This document shows positions 63,571 through 64,000 of a DNA stretch of 64,000 bases, piece after piece. Positions within the stretch are counted from its first letter, which is position 1. Every line of letters starts with the position of its first letter. This DNA comes from Torpedo marmorata. Lineage: Eukaryota. The notes beneath the pieces are model-generated. The model did no database searches. It was not told the DNA's origin and saw only the letters and a list, made by a program, of their open reading frames with translations. The position numbers and the translations under genes are program-made. Location: positions 76,632,001-76,696,000 of the forward strand of contig OZ360224.1 in NCBI GenBank assembly GCA_977017645.1, in the 5' to 3' direction.

Positions 63571-64000
63571 CAGAGTAGTGACAAATGGACAAATTTCTTC
63601 AAAGTTTTTGTTGACTAGGTCAACTAGACAAGGATGTCCTTTGTCACCAGCATTGTTTATTTTAGCAATAGAACCTTTGGCAGAATTAATTAGACAAGAT
63701 ATTAAGATTGTAGGTATTAAAGTTGGAAAAGAAGAACATAAAATTAGTTTATTTGCAGATGATGTATTGATTTACATGACAAAACCTATCGATTCTTTAA
63801 CACAATTGACTGTTTTATTGAGAGAATATGGGGAAATATCTGGTTATAAGATTAATTCTGATAAAAGTGAAATTATGGCATTGACACAAGGAGATTATAA
63901 TAAATGTAAAGAAATTACTCGTTTTAAATGGTCAAATAATGGAATTAAATATTTGGGTATAAAAATAGATACAAAATTAGGTAATTTATAAATTAAATTA
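63563..64000 (+). mobile_element. 5'-truncated L1 RT region running off the window end
   Basis: Nearly identical to 22838-23280 (TRQGCPLSP, FADDVL). Confidence 0.92.

Noticed and set aside
63077-63991. 304-aa ORF as a novel host RT gene
   Set aside because: It is a junction of a Penelope fragment lacking YIDD and a truncated L1 nearly identical to 22838-23280.

Overview
Eukaryotic, vertebrate genomic DNA. The repeat families (CR1/HER1-type LINEs, an HE1-like tRNA SINE, Deu-domain SINEs, Penelope elements) point to a cartilaginous fish; this is inference. The only host gene is the 3' part of prolyl endopeptidase (PREP) on the minus strand. It has four exons with canonical GT/AG sites and compatible phases: 61513-61607, 30148-30279, 25601-25757 and 12273-12567. 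Together they encode the whole Ser/Asp/His catalytic triad. The introns (about 31, 4.4 and 13 kb) and the downstream flank are mostly decayed transposons: six L1 copies (one full-length, one nested inside it, several with clear TSDs), CR1 and Rex/Babar LINEs, Penelope-like elements, one complete but disrupted Gypsy LTR element with a tRNA-Trp primer site, hAT and Tc1-type MITEs, and SINEs. Almost all long ORFs in the track are transposon fragments or their antisense shadows. The signals most worth following up are non-coding: (1) a conserved, potentially pseudoknotted RNA element just after the ORF1 stop of two divergent L1s; (2) strongly one-sided CpG decay between the two Gypsy LTRs; (3) minimal hammerhead ribozyme motifs in Penelope termini; (4) a 200-bp palindrome built from SINE heads; (5) a double-hairpin hAT MITE with symmetrically different termini in its two copies; (6) inverted L1 pairs bracketing two PREP exons. 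All alignments and base-pairings were done by eye, with no database search or folding software.
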